Source: Deltaproteobacteria bacterium
Lineage (GTDB): Bacteria; SAR324; XYD2-FULL-50-16
Reading direction: 5' to 3'
Assembly (NCBI GenBank): GCA_018657625.1
Contig: JABHWU010000124.1
Span: 15,277 to 79,276, forward strand
Length of the DNA: 64,000 bases
The position numbers and the translations under genes were made by a program. Below, one piece after another: positions 60,522-64,000 of this stretch; within the stretch, counting starts at the first letter, position 1, and every line of letters begins with the position of its first letter. The notes under the pieces are model-generated. The model saw nothing but the letters and a program-made list of their open reading frames with translations. It was not told the DNA's origin and did not search any database.

Positions 60522-61126
60522 ACTTTTTTAACTACTTCAATCATTGTGGATAAAATATTCTTCGAATTTTTAGCTAATCTGAGATACAGACCAGGCGTTG
60601 CAAAAACCTTTATACTTAATGTAGAAATTAATGAATGACTTTAATGACGGGCAATTACACAATAGTGACACTTGGCCTAAGAGATAAAATTTGAGGCTAT
60701 ATTATAAAACTTTGCAGTTCTATTGAGATTCATTTGGGCGGTTTTTATAGTAAATAAATACTTAGAAAGTGATGGAGTTGATAGGTATTTAATATAATAA
60801 ATTATACTCAGCGCCGTTTGATCTTAAAATACTCTGATAAATATTAATGTGGTCAGCATAAGAATTCAATTGAAAATGGTTGAATGTTTAATTTCGGTAT
60901 TTGATCTTTTTATATTCTCGCTAAGGTAATATGTGATCGAAATGACTGTTTCTTTAATAAAGAAACCATATACTTTAACACAAGATTCTATTTTTTTTAC
61001 AAAATGTAAGGGAGTTGTGTTCCTTAATTATCCCTGCCACTACTCATGGTTTTTATTGAAAAGGAAAGTGAGAAATATCCGACAAACAGATAGTAAAAGG
61101 TGAAATTGCTATGAAAAACCTGATTG

Positions 61127-62143
61127 TCATAATAATGATTTCTCAAAATGAGCAATGGCTAACTGACAGATTTTTTCGCATAAATTCGGAAAATCGATAC
61201 CTAAAACATTAGCTGATTGAGGTAAAAGGCTGGTTGCTGTCATTCCGGGTAAGGTATTGGCTTCAAGGCACCATAATTGCCCTTTGGTATCTAATCTGAA
61301 ATCGACACGACTATATCCTTCTAATTTCAGTACTTTATGTGCCTTTAAGCCCAGTTCCTTGATAAGTTCTGTTTCTTCTTCTGAGAGATCCGCAGGAAAG
61401 ATTTCTTCAGCCCCTCCTACTTGATATTTACTTTCATAATCAAAGTGATCACTGCATTTCGGAATAATTTCACCGACTGACAAAGCTGTTTCATCCAATA
61501 TTCCAACAGTTAATTCCCGTCCATCAATGTATTTTTCAATCATTACTTCGTCGTCATGTAAATAAGCTTTTTGGATAGCAGCCTCAATATCTTCAGGTTT
61601 TTTGACGATTGTCAATCCAACGGTGGAACCTTGTTTATTAGATTTTATGACAGCTGGTAAACCGATTTTATCTATAATTTCCTGATTGGACACCGGCATC
61701 ATCAACCAATTCGCTGTTGGTACTCCGGTATAACGAAACAATTGTTTGGAAATATCTTTATCCATAGCATTGGCGCTGGCCTTGTGGCCACTTCCGGTAT
61801 AGGGCAACCCAGCCAGGTCCAAAAAAGCCTGAATGGTTCCGTCTTCTCCTGTACCACCATGCAATGCCAGAAAAACCACATCAACTGATTTTAATCGGGT
61901 TGCTTTAGTGAGTTGATTGGCTTGTTCATGAGTGATTGACAGGTTTCTTCCATCAAAAGGTGTTGTATCAACACCTTTTTCGATTAGTTGTTGTTCTTCC
62001 TGAATTGTTAAAAGACCCCGTGCAGTATCAACTGAAATAACTTCGTGCCCGATTTTTCTTAAGGCTGTAATAACTTGAAAACCGCTGGCTATGGATACAT
62101 CTCTTTCAGCACTGTTTCCTCCAAAAAATACTGCTATTTTCAT
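61127..62143 (-). CDS. ddl: D-alanine--D-alanine ligase family (ATP-grasp)
   Basis: MKIAVFFGGNSAERDVSIASG N-terminus, ATP-grasp core, 338 aa. Confidence 0.8.
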   Translation of the reverse strand: MKIAVFFGGNSAERDVSIASGFQVITALRKIGHEVISVDTARGLLTIQEEQQLIEKGVDTTPFDGRNLSITHEQANQLTKATRLKSVDVVFLALHGGTGEDGTIQAFLDLAGLPYTGSGHKASANAMDKDISKQLFRYTGVPTANWLMMPVSNQEIIDKIGLPAVIKSNKQGSTVGLTIVKKPEDIEAAIQKAYLHDDEVMIEKYIDGRELTVGILDETALSVGEIIPKCSDHFDYESKYQVGGAEEIFPADLSEEETELIKELGLKAHKVLKLEGYSRVDFRLDTKGQLWCLEANTLPGMTATSLLPQSANVLGIDFPNLCEKICQLAIAHFEKSLL

Positions 62144-62320
62144 TAATAACCTCTTAAAATTGAATTGACGATTGATAGAATCAGTTAATGCGTTAAAATA
62201 GATTGATATCGGTAAATGATCAAGGTAATTTCAGGGATATCAAATTGATTTATATATTTTTTTAAGTTATAAATAGTCGAACATATTTAAGGTAGATGAA
62301 ATTATAATTAAAGGTGGTTT

Positions 62321-62620
62321 ATGATTAAGCATATTGTAATGTGGCGGTTGAAAGAAGAAAACCCGGCGGAAAAACTGGAGCTAGCAAGGACCTTAAAAAG
62401 TAAACTTGAAAATTTAAAAAATTTGATTCCGGAAATTGTTCAAATTGAGGCAGGTATTAACATAATTCCTTCGGAAGCTGCATTTGATGTTGTACTTTTT
62501 TCTCTGTTTGTGACTGAAAAAGAATTAGGGGATTATCAAAATCACCCTGAACATATCAAGGTAGGGGATTTTTTAAAGGAAATTGTATCTGAACGGACTG
62601 TTGTTGATTACGAGGTATAA
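62321..62620 (+). CDS. Dabb-family stress-responsive alpha/beta-barrel protein
   Basis: 99 aa, MIKHIVMWRLKEEN start typical of Dabb/YciI-like dimeric barrels. Confidence 0.65.
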   Translation: MIKHIVMWRLKEENPAEKLELARTLKSKLENLKNLIPEIVQIEAGINIIPSEAAFDVVLFSLFVTEKELGDYQNHPEHIKVGDFLKEIVSERTVVDYEV

Positions 62621-62623
62621 AAC

Positions 62624-63178
62624 ATGGCCAATCATATTTGTCCCTGGTGGATGGGCTACTTACTGGCTAATCCACTGAGAAAAATCATTCAGAATCCAAC
62701 CCGGATATTGTCTCCATATATTCAATCGAATATGAAAGTTTTGGATATTGGATGCGGAATGGGTTTCTTTACGATTCCCATGGCTAAATTGGTCGGTGAT
62801 ACTGGAAAGGTTTACGGGGTTGATATTCAGTATAAAATGTTGAAAGGATTAAAAAAAAGGGCGTATAAGGCAGGAGTTATTCACTGCCTTGAAACTATAG
62901 AATGTGATAAAAATTCTTTAGGGTTGGAGGCGTTGAAGTCTCAGATTAATTTTGTGTTACTATTTGCAGTCGTTCATGAAGTACCTGATCCTAAAAGAGC
63001 TATTGAAGAGGTACTTTCTGTGTTAACTCCGAATGGCTGTATTTTATTTTCGGAGCCGTCATCACATGTTTCAGCCAAGCAATTTAAAGTGTCTGTCGCT
63101 ATTGCTCAGCAATCTGGTTTAAAAGTTTCTGAAAAGCTATATATCCGCAACAGTCATTCGGTTTTACTTATGAATTAG
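62624..63178 (+). CDS. class I SAM-dependent methyltransferase
   Basis: Motif I VLDIGCGMGFF. 184 aa. Starts 4 bp after Dabb gene stop. Confidence 0.75.
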   Translation: MANHICPWWMGYLLANPLRKIIQNPTRILSPYIQSNMKVLDIGCGMGFFTIPMAKLVGDTGKVYGVDIQYKMLKGLKKRAYKAGVIHCLETIECDKNSLGLEALKSQINFVLLFAVVHEVPDPKRAIEEVLSVLTPNGCILFSEPSSHVSAKQFKVSVAIAQQSGLKVSEKLYIRNSHSVLLMN

Positions 63179-63371
63179 GTGAATTATATTTTCAAGAGTC
63201 TTCAAAAATAGACATTTGAAATAAAATCCATTGAATTAACCTTTTTAATATATTCGTTTTATGCACAACAAATATGTTTGAGCACGCCAAGACCGGGTAA
63301 CAGAATCCAGTACTAAAAATTAGTATGCTGACAGACTCCGGATTAGGTAAATAAAAGTTGTTATTAATTAG

Positions 63372-64000
63372 CTAGAAACTGAAACGATAATTCAAACCAA
63401 CACCATCCATTTCAGGATTTATTTTTAATTCAATATATCCTTTGTATCGACCTTCATTTTCAAGTTTATTTAACTCGTTTCTGGTACGAATGAATTGATA
63501 AGTACTATAAGCAAGTGTTCCTGCAGCGGCCATCATTCTCCAATCATCCCCTTCTTCAAATTCTTTTAAAAGATAAGCGGTCGAAACACCTGAACCAATT
63601 AAGAAATATTGCCAATATTCCTGATTTTCTTCGAGAATACGTACTTTAGATAACCATTTGGTTTTTTCCTGATCTATCAATTGTATTGGTGACAATTCAA
63701 CTCTTTCAGTAATTTCATACACATTTCTTTCGTGGGTATCTAATTCTCGCCGAACTTCGTCAACAGTGGCAATTTGCCGCCTTTTATCCAGAAAAGTAGT
63801 AACAATGTGATCCGTTTTTGGAATTTCAATGGATTGAAAATATACCCCTTCACTGATTTTTTCCCCAACTTGTGTAATTCTTAGGATTCCAATATTTTTT
63901 CGCCGTTCATGCGCCTTAGGAAGACCGGTAGTACTGGCCGTTCTGATGATATCATTCCTATAAATGATTAATTGATCATCAACAGAAATCCCATCTTGTT
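63372..64000 (-). CDS. hypothetical protein, partial (N-terminus beyond window end); possible outer-membrane protein
   Basis: Reading frame stays open from 63722 to the window edge. The ORF-track Met at 63722 is internal. C-terminus ends ...GLNYRFSF (aromatic terminal residue as in beta-barrel OMPs). Confidence 0.4.
   Translation of the reverse strand, partial: QDGISVDDQLIIYRNDIIRTASTTGLPKAHERRKNIGILRITQVGEKISEGVYFQSIEIPKTDHIVTTFLDKRRQIATVDEVRRELDTHERNVYEITERVELSPIQLIDQEKTKWLSKVRILEENQEYWQYFLIGSGVSTAYLLKEFEEGDDWRMMAAAGTLAYSTYQFIRTRNELNKLENEGRYKGYIELKINPEMDGVGLNYRFSF

Noticed and set aside
60560-60600. CTGAGA motif reminiscent of a TPP riboswitch core
   Set aside because: No flanking conserved TPP-aptamer stems (no GGGG/ACCC pairing or pyrimidine-sensing helix). 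Downstream gene context (ddl, opposite strand) is also wrong.

Overview
This 64 kb window is AT-rich bacterial chromosomal DNA, roughly one-third G+C by eye. It is densely packed with about 55 protein genes on both strands, mostly housekeeping. I found no rRNA, tRNA or CRISPR array.

Recognisable blocks:
- A heterodimeric ABC exporter pair.
- A redox and chaperone cluster: ferritin-like protein, a VKOR-FKBP fusion, hslO and pdxB.
- murG and surE.
- rplU-rpmA convergent with the classic phoH-like/rsmB/rpe/ispF/pgpH/ybeY string.
- dapA with an aminotransferase, then aroK.
- An exbB-exbD-tonB operon.
- ftsY.
- A polar amino-acid ABC importer.
- A cydAB operon with an Rrf2 regulator and a small DUF4492-like membrane protein.
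- ddl.

Gene content (DUF4492-cydAB, VKOR, TonB/ExbBD, 7TMR-HD next to ybeY) suggests an FCB-group or Bacteroidota-like lineage, but that is inference.

The most unusual signals are structural rather than a recognisable defence cassette:
1. A previously unannotated family of 136 bp MITE-like elements with 17 bp terminal inverted repeats. There are five copies, one truncated and two in tandem. One copy supplies the start codon of a histidine kinase.
2. An intact ISL3-family IS with perfect 8 bp target duplications, inserted between the small cyd-operon leader gene and cydA.
3. A decaying two-component locus with truncated paralogous fragments.
4. A second, roughly 90 bp intergenic repeat present twice.
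5. A VKOR-FKBP domain fusion.
6. A hybrid histidine kinase ending in a single MshEN-like (c-di-GMP-binding-type) 24-residue motif.
7. A perfect 24 bp, 7-copy tandem repeat inside tonB.

I do not see a convincing known or novel defence system (no CBASS, retron, RM, Cas or similar signatures). Candidate accessory genes are flagged individually below: the secreted PLD/Nuc nuclease, the TerB-like plus CbpA-like pair, the pentapeptide-repeat protein and the tandem-GntR regulator.
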